64,000 nt of DNA from Candidatus Sumerlaeaceae bacterium (GTDB lineage: Bacteria; Sumerlaeota; Sumerlaeia; Sumerlaeales; Sumerlaeaceae), in contig JBPCLP010000053.1 in assembly GCA_051003195.1 (NCBI GenBank), positions 99,371-163,370 of the forward strand, read 5' to 3'. This document shows positions 18,155 to 27,068 of this stretch, piece after piece. Numbering within the stretch: position 1 is the first letter of the stretch; each line of letters starts with the position of its first letter. A program made the position numbers and the translations under genes. The notes beneath the pieces were generated by a model. That model did not search any database and had not been told where the DNA came from. It saw only the letters and a list, made by a program, of their open reading frames with translations.

Positions 18155-18856
18155 ATGAATTGTCCGAAATGCGGGCTTACGGTACAGAGTGGCAGCAGTT
18201 TCTGCAACCATTGCGGAGCGTCGCTCAACGAGCAGGGAAAATCGCTGAGCATGAGCGCTGATTTAACAAATGCCCAGGCTGGGTCTGCCGGGCATGGACT
18301 CGATGCCATGGATGCCGCGGCCCTCACGGGAATGGCGACTGCTACCGAGAAGGGTATCTGGGACGAGTACCCTAGCCTGAGGACCGCGTTTCCACCGGTG
18401 GTATTTGTGCTGGTGCTCTGGGTTGTGGTGATGCTGCTCATCCGTTTTCTGCTGCCGCTCGACAGGCGGCCGGTTTGGAACGGCCACGATGCACTGAGCT
18501 GGGGCCTGACGCTCGGTGTCGCTGCGGTTGTGTTGCTGATGCTGCTGCGAAGCCTGATCCGGCTTCGGTCGATACGTTACCGGCTGACAAGCCAGCGGAT
18601 TTTTATCACGTTCGGCATACTGAACAAGCGGACGGACGAGATCGAGCTGGAGAAATACAAGGATGTGTTTGTGAACCAGGATTTCTGGGACAAGCTGGTG
18701 GGTTGCGGCGACATCCAGGTGGTGACTGGCGATGTGACGAACCCGACGATAAACATGGATGACGTGATCGACCCGATTGGCAAAAAGGAATCGATACGCA
18801 ACGCCGCGCGTGAACGCCAGGCCAAGCTCGGCCTGCGTTTACGCGAGCAGATGTAG
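18155..18856 (+). CDS. Zinc-ribbon + 2 TM + bacterial PH (bPH_2/DUF304) domain protein
   Basis: CPKCG...FCNHCG; YRLTSQRIFITFGILNKRTDEIEL...QDFWDKLVGCGDI; GGAGG RBS. Confidence 0.85.
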   Translation: MNCPKCGLTVQSGSSFCNHCGASLNEQGKSLSMSADLTNAQAGSAGHGLDAMDAAALTGMATATEKGIWDEYPSLRTAFPPVVFVLVLWVVVMLLIRFLLPLDRRPVWNGHDALSWGLTLGVAAVVLLMLLRSLIRLRSIRYRLTSQRIFITFGILNKRTDEIELEKYKDVFVNQDFWDKLVGCGDIQVVTGDVTNPTINMDDVIDPIGKKESIRNAARERQAKLGLRLREQM

Positions 18857-18955
18857 TTAGTGTATTCTACTGTTAGTTCGTAATCTGTTCTGTGTGCCGA
18901 ACGAGCGCAGAATCAGATCGACACGAGGATACGAACTTCTGGTTCGGCACACTGG
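18857..18955 (+). mobile_element. MITE copy 5, filling the gap between convergent genes
   Basis: TTAG|TGTATTCTACTGTTAGTTCGTAATC...GTGTGCCGAA...TTCGGCACA|CTGG. Confidence 0.88.
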
Positions 18956-18956
18956 T

Positions 18957-20666
18957 TTACCGCTCGTCGGCCGCGGTGGTACCCAGTACCTCGTCGACAG
19001 TCGTCACGCCTTCCTTCGCCTTGGTCAGGCCGGCCATGCGCAGCGTTTCCATGCCTTCTTCACTGGCGAGCCGCTTGAGCGCGGTGGTGGAAATGCCGTC
19101 GATGATGCGGTCGCGCATGTTGTCGCTGAGCACCATGATTTCGTAGAGGGCCATGCGGCCTTTGTACCCGCGTGCGTTGCAGCGCTCGCAGCCTTCGCCG
19201 CGGTAAACCGTCATGTCGACCGGAAGGCCCAGGGCGTTGGCCATGTCGGGCGGGAGGCCATATGGCTGCTTGCAGTAATCGCAGATTCTGCGCACGAGCC
19301 GCTGTGCCACGACCATGTTGAGCGCGGCTGTGACGAGGAAAGACTCCACGCCCATGTTGGTGAGGCGGTTGACGGTGCTCGGGGCGTCGTTGGTGTGAAT
19401 GGTCGAGAGAACCAGGTGGCCGGTCAGAGCGGCTTTGATGGCGATTTCAGCGGTCTCGAGGTCGCGCACCTCGCCGACCATGATGATGTCGGGATCCTGG
19501 CGAAGGAAGCTCTTCAGGCCGGCGGCAAAGGTGAGGCCGATGTCCGGCTTGGCCTGGACCTGGTTAATGCCTTTGAGCTGGTACTCGACCGGGTCCTCGA
19601 TCGTGGAAATGTTTTTGCCGGAATCGTTGATTGTGCTGAGTGCTGAGTACAAGGTCGTGGACTTGCCCGAGCCGGTCGGACCCGTGACAAGGCACATGCC
19701 CCAGGGCGCGCGGATCTGCCTCTCGAACTTGTCCAGCGCTTCGCGCGACATGCCGAGGTCGGTCAGATTAAGCATGAGGTTGCTGCTGTCGAGCAAACGG
19801 ATGACGACTTTTTCTCCATTCTGGACTGGAAGGGAGGAAACACGGAAGTCGATGGCCTTGCCCAGGACTTGCAGCTTGAAACGTCCATCCTGGGGCAGCC
19901 GGCGTTCGGCAATGTCCATCTCGCTCATGATCTTGAGGCGGGAAATGATCGCGTTCTGGAACTTTTTCGGCGGGCTTTTGCCCTCCTGCAGCACACCGTC
20001 CACACGATAGCGAAGCCGAAGCACTTTCTCGTAGGGCTCCACGTGGATATCACTGGCTCGCAGGCGAATGGCCTCGGCGATGACCATATTGACCAGCTGA
20101 ATAACGGGCGCGTCTTCGGCATCGGGGGCCAGGTCGTCGATCAACTCGCCGTCGTCGCTGATCTCCGTCATCTGGAGAAGTTGGTCGTCGATCTCGCTGA
20201 CTTCCTTCAGCATCTCGTCGACGTCACCACCTTCCTGGTAGTAGGTTCGAATGGCTTCCAGGATATCGGATTCAAACGAGATCACGGGCACGATCTTGCA
20301 CTTGGTCACAAGGCGCAACTCGTCAAGGAGCACGATGTTGGACGGATCCGAGAGCGCGACCGTCAGGGTGTCGCCGGTTTTATCCACAGGGATAATCTGG
20401 TACTTTCGGACGATGTCCGCAGGGATGCTGCTGAGGATTTCCGGATCAATTTCGTAATGGGAAAGCGTGATGAAGGGGACTTCGAGCTGCTTTCCAAGCG
20501 CTGCTGCCAGTTCCCACTCCGAGGCATAACCGTTGTCGATGAGAATGCGGCCAAGGCTTCCGCCCTTGTCCCCTTGCTGCGAAAGGGCAAGTTCGAGGTC
20601 GGCGTCACTGATCACATTGTCGCGGACCAGCATTTCCGCGAGCTTTCTTTCCATCACGCTGGCCAT
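18957..20666 (-). CDS. pilB: Type IV pilus assembly / T2SS ATPase (PilB/GspE family)
   Basis: N-terminal MshEN/GSPII_N-like region; RASDIHVEP, DIAERRLPQDGR, GPTGSGKSTT, LRQDPDIIMVGEVRD, tetracysteine zinc motif. Confidence 0.92.
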   Translation of the reverse strand: MASVMERKLAEMLVRDNVISDADLELALSQQGDKGGSLGRILIDNGYASEWELAAALGKQLEVPFITLSHYEIDPEILSSIPADIVRKYQIIPVDKTGDTLTVALSDPSNIVLLDELRLVTKCKIVPVISFESDILEAIRTYYQEGGDVDEMLKEVSEIDDQLLQMTEISDDGELIDDLAPDAEDAPVIQLVNMVIAEAIRLRASDIHVEPYEKVLRLRYRVDGVLQEGKSPPKKFQNAIISRLKIMSEMDIAERRLPQDGRFKLQVLGKAIDFRVSSLPVQNGEKVVIRLLDSSNLMLNLTDLGMSREALDKFERQIRAPWGMCLVTGPTGSGKSTTLYSALSTINDSGKNISTIEDPVEYQLKGINQVQAKPDIGLTFAAGLKSFLRQDPDIIMVGEVRDLETAEIAIKAALTGHLVLSTIHTNDAPSTVNRLTNMGVESFLVTAALNMVVAQRLVRRICDYCKQPYGLPPDMANALGLPVDMTVYRGEGCERCNARGYKGRMALYEIMVLSDNMRDRIIDGISTTALKRLASEEGMETLRMAGLTKAKEGVTTVDEVLGTTAADER

Positions 20667-20820
20667 AATGCAAGCTCAGTCCTATCAAGAATGTGTATGG
20701 GACAGTGGTTGTGTACCAGCGAACCTTGTTTCGTCAATGGAAACCCACAGCGGAAACACGTTTGGGTACTGCCGTCTTTTTCATGGAAATCTGGTTTCTA
20801 AACCATTGAGTTATCTTGGC

Positions 20821-22020
20821 ATGCTTGATCCGGCTAGAATAGTATATGTACAGAACGAAGAAACTGTCCTGCAGTTGGCCGGAAAAATCGCCGCCGCTGA
20901 GCGGGTGGCACTCGATACTGAAGCGGATAGCCTGCATCATTATTTCGAGAAGGTCTGCCTGCTGCAGCTTTCCGTGCCGGATGCCGACTACATTGTCGAT
21001 CCTCTGGCCGATCTCGACCTGTCGCCGCTACTGGCTCCGCTGAGTTCGAAGCAGCTGATTATCCAGGGTGCCGATTATGACCTCAGAATGATGAAACGGG
21101 ATTACGAGTTCTCGGCCTCGAATATTTTCGACACCATGAGCGCCGCGCAGTTGCTGGGATATGACAAGTTCAGTTACGCAGCCCTGGTCGAGCGGCATGT
21201 CGGGGTTGTGCTCAGCAAGCACGGGCAAAAGGCGGACTGGTCGCAGCGGCCATTGCCCGAAAAACTAATTACCTACGCGGCAGCGGATACGCATTACCTG
21301 TTCACGGTGGCCGACAAGCTGGAGGAGGAGCTTCGCCAGCTTGGGCGTCTGGAATGGCACCTGGAAGTTTGCCAGCGGCTGCTGGAGTATGTGGCGCAGG
21401 GCATGCGTGACCCGGACCCGGACCGACAGTGGCGCATCAAAGGGTGGCATACGCTGCGGGGACCTCGCGGGTGGAATTATCTTCGGGAATTGTGGCGATG
21501 GCGCGATGCGGAGGCACAGCAGGCCGATTTCCCGCCATTTAAAGTGCTGCGAAATGAAACGCTGGTAGAAATTGCGACCTGGGCAAATAACGGAGCCGAC
21601 CCGGCCGCGATGCCAAAGTTGCCACGGAACATTGTGGGCAGGCGTCGGCGGCTTCTAGACCAGGCGATAGGCAAGGCGCGGGCCTCAGCGCAGGAAGAGT
21701 GGCCGAAACCACTGGGCGCGCCGCGCCGCGACACTCCCCCACCGGACGAAGTGCTCGTCGCAAAGCTGAAGCAAATTCGTGATAAAACGGCCGCCCAGCT
21801 AAAGCTCGATCCGGGTATTTTATTGCCTGGCGCGGCATTATCACTCATTGCGGTGGCACGACCGGCGACTGTGGAAGCGCTTCAGGCGGCCGGCGACCTT
21901 TACAACTGGCAAACGGAGCAGCTCGGCCCCCAGCTGCTCGAGGCGGTGCAGTCTGCCACTTTGACCAACAGGCGCTCAAGCTCGCCAAGACTTCCGAAGC
22001 AAACCTCGGAGAGCGCATGA
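20821..22020 (+). CDS. rnd: Ribonuclease D (DEDDy 3'-5' exonuclease + HRDC)
   Basis: ALDTEADSLHHY, DYDLRM, DWSQRPL, YAAADT; HRDC LWRWRDAEAQQADFPPFKVL. Confidence 0.9.
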   Translation: MLDPARIVYVQNEETVLQLAGKIAAAERVALDTEADSLHHYFEKVCLLQLSVPDADYIVDPLADLDLSPLLAPLSSKQLIIQGADYDLRMMKRDYEFSASNIFDTMSAAQLLGYDKFSYAALVERHVGVVLSKHGQKADWSQRPLPEKLITYAAADTHYLFTVADKLEEELRQLGRLEWHLEVCQRLLEYVAQGMRDPDPDRQWRIKGWHTLRGPRGWNYLRELWRWRDAEAQQADFPPFKVLRNETLVEIATWANNGADPAAMPKLPRNIVGRRRRLLDQAIGKARASAQEEWPKPLGAPRRDTPPPDEVLVAKLKQIRDKTAAQLKLDPGILLPGAALSLIAVARPATVEALQAAGDLYNWQTEQLGPQLLEAVQSATLTNRRSSSPRLPKQTSESA

Positions 22021-22092
22021 GCCGGAACCTGGAATGCATGTGAGTTTGCCTGCAATTCTTCCCGGGTATATTGCCCGTAACAATTCGCCCCG

Positions 22093-23142
22093 ATGATCAC
22101 CATCCACCATCTGCTGGTTGAAGCGATTGAACGTGGCGCGAGTGATCTGCATCTGACGCAGGGCGCGCCGCCGATTCTGCGCCTGGATGGCGACCTTGAA
22201 CTGCTGGACCTGCCGACGCTCACCGCACCGGACAGCATGCGGATGATCTACTCACTGCTGAACGACACGCAGAAGGCGCAGTTTGAAGAGAAGTGGGAAC
22301 TGGACCTCAGCCTTGAAATCGAGGACATTGGCCGCTTCCGCGTGAACGTGCACAAGCAGCGGGGAGCTGTGGAAGCGGCGTTCCGCGTGGTGAACGAGAA
22401 CATCCGAAGCCTGCGCCAGCTCGGGCTGCCACCCGTGGCAGAGGAGATCGCGCGAAAGACGAGCGGGCTGATCCTGGTGACCGGCCCAACGGGAAGCGGC
22501 AAAACGAGTACCCTGGCCGCAATGATCAACCAGATCAATGACGAACAGCACAAGATGATCATCACGGTCGAGGATCCGATTGAGTATATCCACCGGAACA
22601 AAAAATCGATCGTGAAGCAGCGCGAGGTGACCAGCGATACACACAGCTTCCAGGACGCACTTCGACACGTTCTAAGGCAGGACCCTGATGTGGTGGTGAT
22701 TGGTGAAATGCGCGATCTGGAAACGATCAGCACGGCGCTGACCGCCGCGGAAACGGGTCACCTGGTTTTTGCGACGATCCACACGCCGGATGCGGTGCAA
22801 ACGGTTGATCGTATTATCGACGTGTTTCCACCCTATCAGCAGACGCAGGTGCGGATCCAGCTGGCGAATACGATCCAGGCCATTGTTGCGCAACAGTTGC
22901 TTCCGGTGCCGGGCGGGCGCGGGCGCGTCCCGGCTGTCGAGATCCTGCTGGCGACTGTGGGTGCGCGAAATATTATTCGCAACGCCAAGACCGAGCAGCT
23001 GAACACATTGCTGCAGACGAATTATGACCTGGGCATGGTCACGATGGACAAGTCATTGAAGAGCCTGTATCAGCAGGGTCTCATCAGTTATGAAGATGCG
23101 GTGACGCGGTGCAAGTTCCCGGAGTCGTTTGAATCGATTTAA
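22093..23142 (+). CDS. pilT: Type IV pilus retraction ATPase
   Basis: GASDLHL, GPTGSGKTSTLAAMI, EDPIEY, LRQDPDVVVIGEMRD, AETGHLV, ARNIIRN. Confidence 0.93.
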   Translation: MITIHHLLVEAIERGASDLHLTQGAPPILRLDGDLELLDLPTLTAPDSMRMIYSLLNDTQKAQFEEKWELDLSLEIEDIGRFRVNVHKQRGAVEAAFRVVNENIRSLRQLGLPPVAEEIARKTSGLILVTGPTGSGKTSTLAAMINQINDEQHKMIITVEDPIEYIHRNKKSIVKQREVTSDTHSFQDALRHVLRQDPDVVVIGEMRDLETISTALTAAETGHLVFATIHTPDAVQTVDRIIDVFPPYQQTQVRIQLANTIQAIVAQQLLPVPGGRGRVPAVEILLATVGARNIIRNAKTEQLNTLLQTNYDLGMVTMDKSLKSLYQQGLISYEDAVTRCKFPESFESI

Positions 23143-23177
23143 CTGAATCTTTGATCTTTTTAGCCGCGGGAATCTGA

Positions 23178-23999
23178 TTAATCTTTAGGCTTCTCGTCGG
23201 CCGAAGAGGGCGCCTGTGGCCGGGCTGCGGTCGTCGCTGCATCCGATGCTCCGGAGGCTCGTTGCTGTGCCGCCTTCTTTTCCTGCTCTTCCATGGCCTT
23301 CATCTGCGTTGTGGCATCGATTACCTGCACACCGGCAGCCGGCGTAAACTTAAATTCGCTCTCATCCAGCTTTGGGTTAATTTCGACGTTCGTGTACACG
23401 GTGGTGCCCACTGAGGCGCCCACGGTTTCAATGGTTTTACGAGGAAGGCCGTCTTTCGCGGAGATCCACGCTTCCATTTTGCGCTGCACGGGTTTGCCCT
23501 GTGGCAGAAACTGCGTACTCGTCGTTCCTTCAAAATGGTAAACAGGTTCACCGGCAATGTCGCCTTTGCCCTGGAATTTCAGGCTCGCAGGTTCAAGTAG
23601 GGTAACAGGGTTCAGGTCGGTGACGGGCTTGCGCAGCATGGGCTGCATTTCCGGCCCGGGCGTGTGCTTATACGCTTTCTTTTCGGCCGGGTAGAACTGG
23701 TAGAAATTCGTGAAGTCGCAGATGAATTCGTAGTCGGAGCCTTCCGAACTGCTGCGGATGTGCCAGCCATAATCTTTGGATGCTGACAACGAGGACGTCG
23801 TAACCTGCTCCTGCGGCCCTTGCTTGTCCCGCACTTCCAGATTAGCGCGGAAGGAGTTCACTTTGTCGCTAAGCGCTTTTACTTCTCCCAGCGCGCGCAA
23901 AGTTTCGGGGCTGGCCTCGGCAACTGCGGCACCGGGAACTAACAAAAGCGACAGGCTTACGCTAAGTAATGCGGCTGGAACACGGAACAGGCGGAACAT
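23178..23999 (-). CDS. LolA-like periplasmic carrier protein
   Basis: Signal peptide; W-I-x3-DGLP...YTNVEINPKLDESEFKFTPAAGVQVID, typical of a LolA-fold C-terminus. Confidence 0.7.
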   Translation of the reverse strand: MFRLFRVPAALLSVSLSLLLVPGAAVAEASPETLRALGEVKALSDKVNSFRANLEVRDKQGPQEQVTTSSLSASKDYGWHIRSSSEGSDYEFICDFTNFYQFYPAEKKAYKHTPGPEMQPMLRKPVTDLNPVTLLEPASLKFQGKGDIAGEPVYHFEGTTSTQFLPQGKPVQRKMEAWISAKDGLPRKTIETVGASVGTTVYTNVEINPKLDESEFKFTPAAGVQVIDATTQMKAMEEQEKKAAQQRASGASDAATTAARPQAPSSADEKPKD

Positions 24000-24078
24000 T
24001 TTTGGTCCTCTTTGGCTTCAGATAAGAGCAATTGGCAGTCCGCTCGGCGGCAGGCTCAATTGTTTTCGACGGGTGCAG

Positions 24079-24441
24079 CTACTGCGGGTGTTTGCTGCAG
24101 ATGAGCGTGTTTTCTTTGGTGAAGCCATAGCTTCCGCCCTCGGGGCAGGTCGCGACGGAATAGCCGGCCTTCTGCATATTCTCGGTAGTGACGGGGGTTT
24201 GCGGGTAGTTCATCTTAAACATCTCGATGGAGGTGCGCAACGCCTGGCGATTTGCGAGGCAGGCGGCATCCTGGCTTTTGCTCATGCTGCGCTCGTAAGT
24301 GCTCTGGCTGTCGCCTTTGGGGTTGTTGCCGCGGCTGAAATAGCTGCCCGCCAGGATCGCAACCACGACGAGCACCACCAGCAGCTCGAGCAGCACAAAA
24401 CCCGATCTACCGATCTGACGTATGTGCGATGTGTGTTTCAT
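24079..24441 (-). CDS. Prepilin-type N-terminal cleavage/methylation protein (pilin/pseudopilin)
   Basis: RSG|FVLLELLVVLVVVAILAG; C-terminal CPEGGSY...CSKH. Confidence 0.85.
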   Translation of the reverse strand: MKHTSHIRQIGRSGFVLLELLVVLVVVAILAGSYFSRGNNPKGDSQSTYERSMSKSQDAACLANRQALRTSIEMFKMNYPQTPVTTENMQKAGYSVATCPEGGSYGFTKENTLICSKHPQ

Positions 24442-24577
24442 TGCTTCATTTATATAGCACCGGGTAAGGGTTCGTATTGTCAAGGAAGGGCGTTCGTACG
24501 TGGCAGGGCTCTGCGGTAGACGGTTTTTCGGCAAATGAACTGCGGGTAACGATGTAGTGCCCATTCGCTGCGAGGGA

Positions 24578-24654
<77 letters not shown>

Positions 24655-24658
24655 CTTT

Positions 24659-24717
24659 CGAATGCGGAATTCTGATTTCGGAATTCGGAATGCTGCGGAT
24701 TCAGAATTTGGAATCGC
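24659..24717. repeat. Degenerate heptamer tandem repeats (AATGCGG/AATTCGG/ATTTCGG)
   Basis: cgaatgcggaattctgatttcggaattcggaatgctgcggattcagaatttggaatcg. Confidence 0.65.
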
Positions 24718-24801
24718 TTCGCCTGGTCCGCTCTGGCGGCTTTGCTCATAGCCACGAATTCGGTTGCCGTTCGGCGGTGCGGGTTCCTGCTGTTGCAGGT
24801 T

Positions 24802-26088
24802 ATGCGTGCAGGGAACTTTACCCACATTGTCTGGGGCAATCTGCTGGAGCGAAAAGGGCGAACGCTCTCCGCGATTCTCGTAATTGCGTTCACGGTTGCC
24901 GTGGTGCTGGCGGTCGCCGCGCTGTGCAACGGGTTCCTGCGCGGAGTGGTGCGCAAGGCGGCGGAGGTGTTTCCGCCTTCTGTGCTCATGGTTAAGCCAA
25001 AGACACTGAATGTCGCGATGCTCAGTTTTAACGCCGCTTTTATCGACAAGCAGGTGATTGAAAAGGTGCGCGGATTACCTGGGGTTGCGTCGGCCTCGGC
25101 ACAGCTGAGCATGAAAATGCCGCTGAGCATGGAAGTGGAGATCTACGGACAGCACGCCGAAACGGACGGTGTGGTGGTCGGCGTAGACCCGGAAACCGTG
25201 GAGTCGGAAGTCGATCCGCATTTTACGTTCGAATACGACGAGCAAAGCACGGAACCTGTGCCGGCGGTGATGCCGAAATTCCTGCTGGATATGTACAACC
25301 TGGCTTATGCCGACAGCGTCGGTTTGCCCAAAATAAATGAGAACTTTCTGCTCGGTAAAGATTTTCTGCTGCATATCGGCACGACAATTTTCATGGGCGG
25401 GGGCAGCCAGAACAAGACAGCGGATGTGCGTTGCAAAGTGGTCGGGCTGAGCTCGAAACCAAGCCTTGTAGCGGGAATCTACATTCCGCTGCGGCACGCC
25501 GAGGAGCTGAACAAGTGGTACACCGGCAAGGATACGGAAAACTATACGGCGCTGCACGTGACGGTGAAGGACCTTGACCGCCTGGACGAAGTGACAAGCG
25601 CCATCCAGCAAATGAACCTGCAGGTGGAAGGAAACAAGGAAACGTATGAGACCATCCGGTTTACGACGCGCGCAGCAGGGGTGGTGATCGCCTTGTTCGC
25701 CGCGGTGATTGTGATCATCGCCATTGTAAGTATCGTAAACATGTTCGGTCTGATCATGCTGCAGCGGAGTGGCGAAGCTGCCCTGATGCAGGCGGTCGGC
25801 GGGACCCGAAGACTGATTTCCGGCTTATATGCAGCGGAGACTTTCGTGCTGGGGCTGGCAGGCGGAGTGATCGGCGTGGCGATTACGCTGCCGGTATTAC
25901 GCTATCTCGATCATCGAGTGCTCAGCAGCCTTCCGCGACTGCCCTTCCTGCCCGGCAGTCTGTTCGCCGCGTCGGGCTGGCTTGTGGCGGCATGTATTGC
26001 TGGCGCAGCCGCTTTCAGTGTTCTCGCGGTGCTTCCAACCACAGTTAAAACCGTCAAACGTTCGAGGATCGCGGAAGAAGCAGCGTGA
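24802..26088 (+). CDS. ABC transporter permease, MacB/FtsX type
   Basis: NLLERKGRTL + TM, large periplasmic domain, C-terminal 3 TM with QRSGEAALMQAVGG. Confidence 0.85.
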   Translation: MRAGNFTHIVWGNLLERKGRTLSAILVIAFTVAVVLAVAALCNGFLRGVVRKAAEVFPPSVLMVKPKTLNVAMLSFNAAFIDKQVIEKVRGLPGVASASAQLSMKMPLSMEVEIYGQHAETDGVVVGVDPETVESEVDPHFTFEYDEQSTEPVPAVMPKFLLDMYNLAYADSVGLPKINENFLLGKDFLLHIGTTIFMGGGSQNKTADVRCKVVGLSSKPSLVAGIYIPLRHAEELNKWYTGKDTENYTALHVTVKDLDRLDEVTSAIQQMNLQVEGNKETYETIRFTTRAAGVVIALFAAVIVIIAIVSIVNMFGLIMLQRSGEAALMQAVGGTRRLISGLYAAETFVLGLAGGVIGVAITLPVLRYLDHRVLSSLPRLPFLPGSLFAASGWLVAACIAGAAAFSVLAVLPTTVKTVKRSRIAEEAA

Positions 26089-26255
26089 AGTCGCCGTTTT
26101 GTGGTCCTATTCTTTCGGACATCTCCGTCTGGCAGATAGGACTTGATCGGAAAGTGCGTTTCGGTTCAGGTGCAGTTGGCCTGATCTGGATTCTAAATTA
26201 ACCCGTACGTCTTACGTTCCGCTCCGGGCCCGCCGAAACTATTGGAGGGTTTATC

Positions 26256-26915
26256 ATGGTATACCGATATCCTAAGCTGAGGTTGCGTAGCGGCTTTACG
26301 CTTATTGAGCTGCTTATCGTAGTGGCGATTATCGCCATCCTCGCGGCGATTGCAGTACCGAACTTTCTCGAGGCACAAACGCGTTCTAAAGTCAGTCGCG
26401 TAAAAGCTGACGAGCGTTCTTTTGCGACAGCAATGGAGGCTTATACGGTTGATCACAATAAGTGCTCGCCTACCTTTAATAATAATTCGATTGTTCTGCC
26501 CTGGGGGGACACTGGAGATGCGGCGTCACCTGATAAGCGAATCAATCGGTGGCACTGGCTAACGACCCCGATCGCCTACTTGACCTCGCCTTACCAGGAC
26601 GCTTTCGCCCAGCCGAACGTTGAGCCAAATCTCCGTTTTTTGATCATTCAAAGTCCACCGGGACTTGCCGAGGTCACAAACCCCGCAGAAGCTCCGTACA
26701 GCGGAAGCATTGGAAAACCGTCTGTACTGTGGCGTGAGTCGGCACAGGCAAAAATTGGTGATCCATTCTGGGTCATCTACAGCGCGGGTCCTGACAAAGA
26801 CCTCGACCGGTTGGATCCGGAATATACCAGCACTTTACCCGGATTTGGAATTCAGGAATACGATTCCACAAACGGCACCGTCAGCGACGGCGACATTATC
26901 CGTTTCAGACAGTAA
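26256..26915 (+). CDS. Prepilin-type (GspG-like) N-methylation domain protein
   Basis: G|FTLIELLIVVAIIAILAAIAVPNFLEAQTRSKVSRVKAD; LTTPIAYL; SAGPDKD...YDSTNGTVSDGDI; GGAGG RBS. Confidence 0.9.
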   Translation: MVYRYPKLRLRSGFTLIELLIVVAIIAILAAIAVPNFLEAQTRSKVSRVKADERSFATAMEAYTVDHNKCSPTFNNNSIVLPWGDTGDAASPDKRINRWHWLTTPIAYLTSPYQDAFAQPNVEPNLRFLIIQSPPGLAEVTNPAEAPYSGSIGKPSVLWRESAQAKIGDPFWVIYSAGPDKDLDRLDPEYTSTLPGFGIQEYDSTNGTVSDGDIIRFRQ

Positions 26916-27068
26916 TTATACAGGAAGCCGTTCGACGTCCCTGTTAGTTCGCCAGCGGGGACTTTCTTTTGACCGGCAATTACCTGCGATTGAACGAGCT
27001 GCTTTTCAGTAATGGTTCACATGAACGCGCCGCATTGCAGTCGTGGCTACTACAGATCAGGAGTTTAG

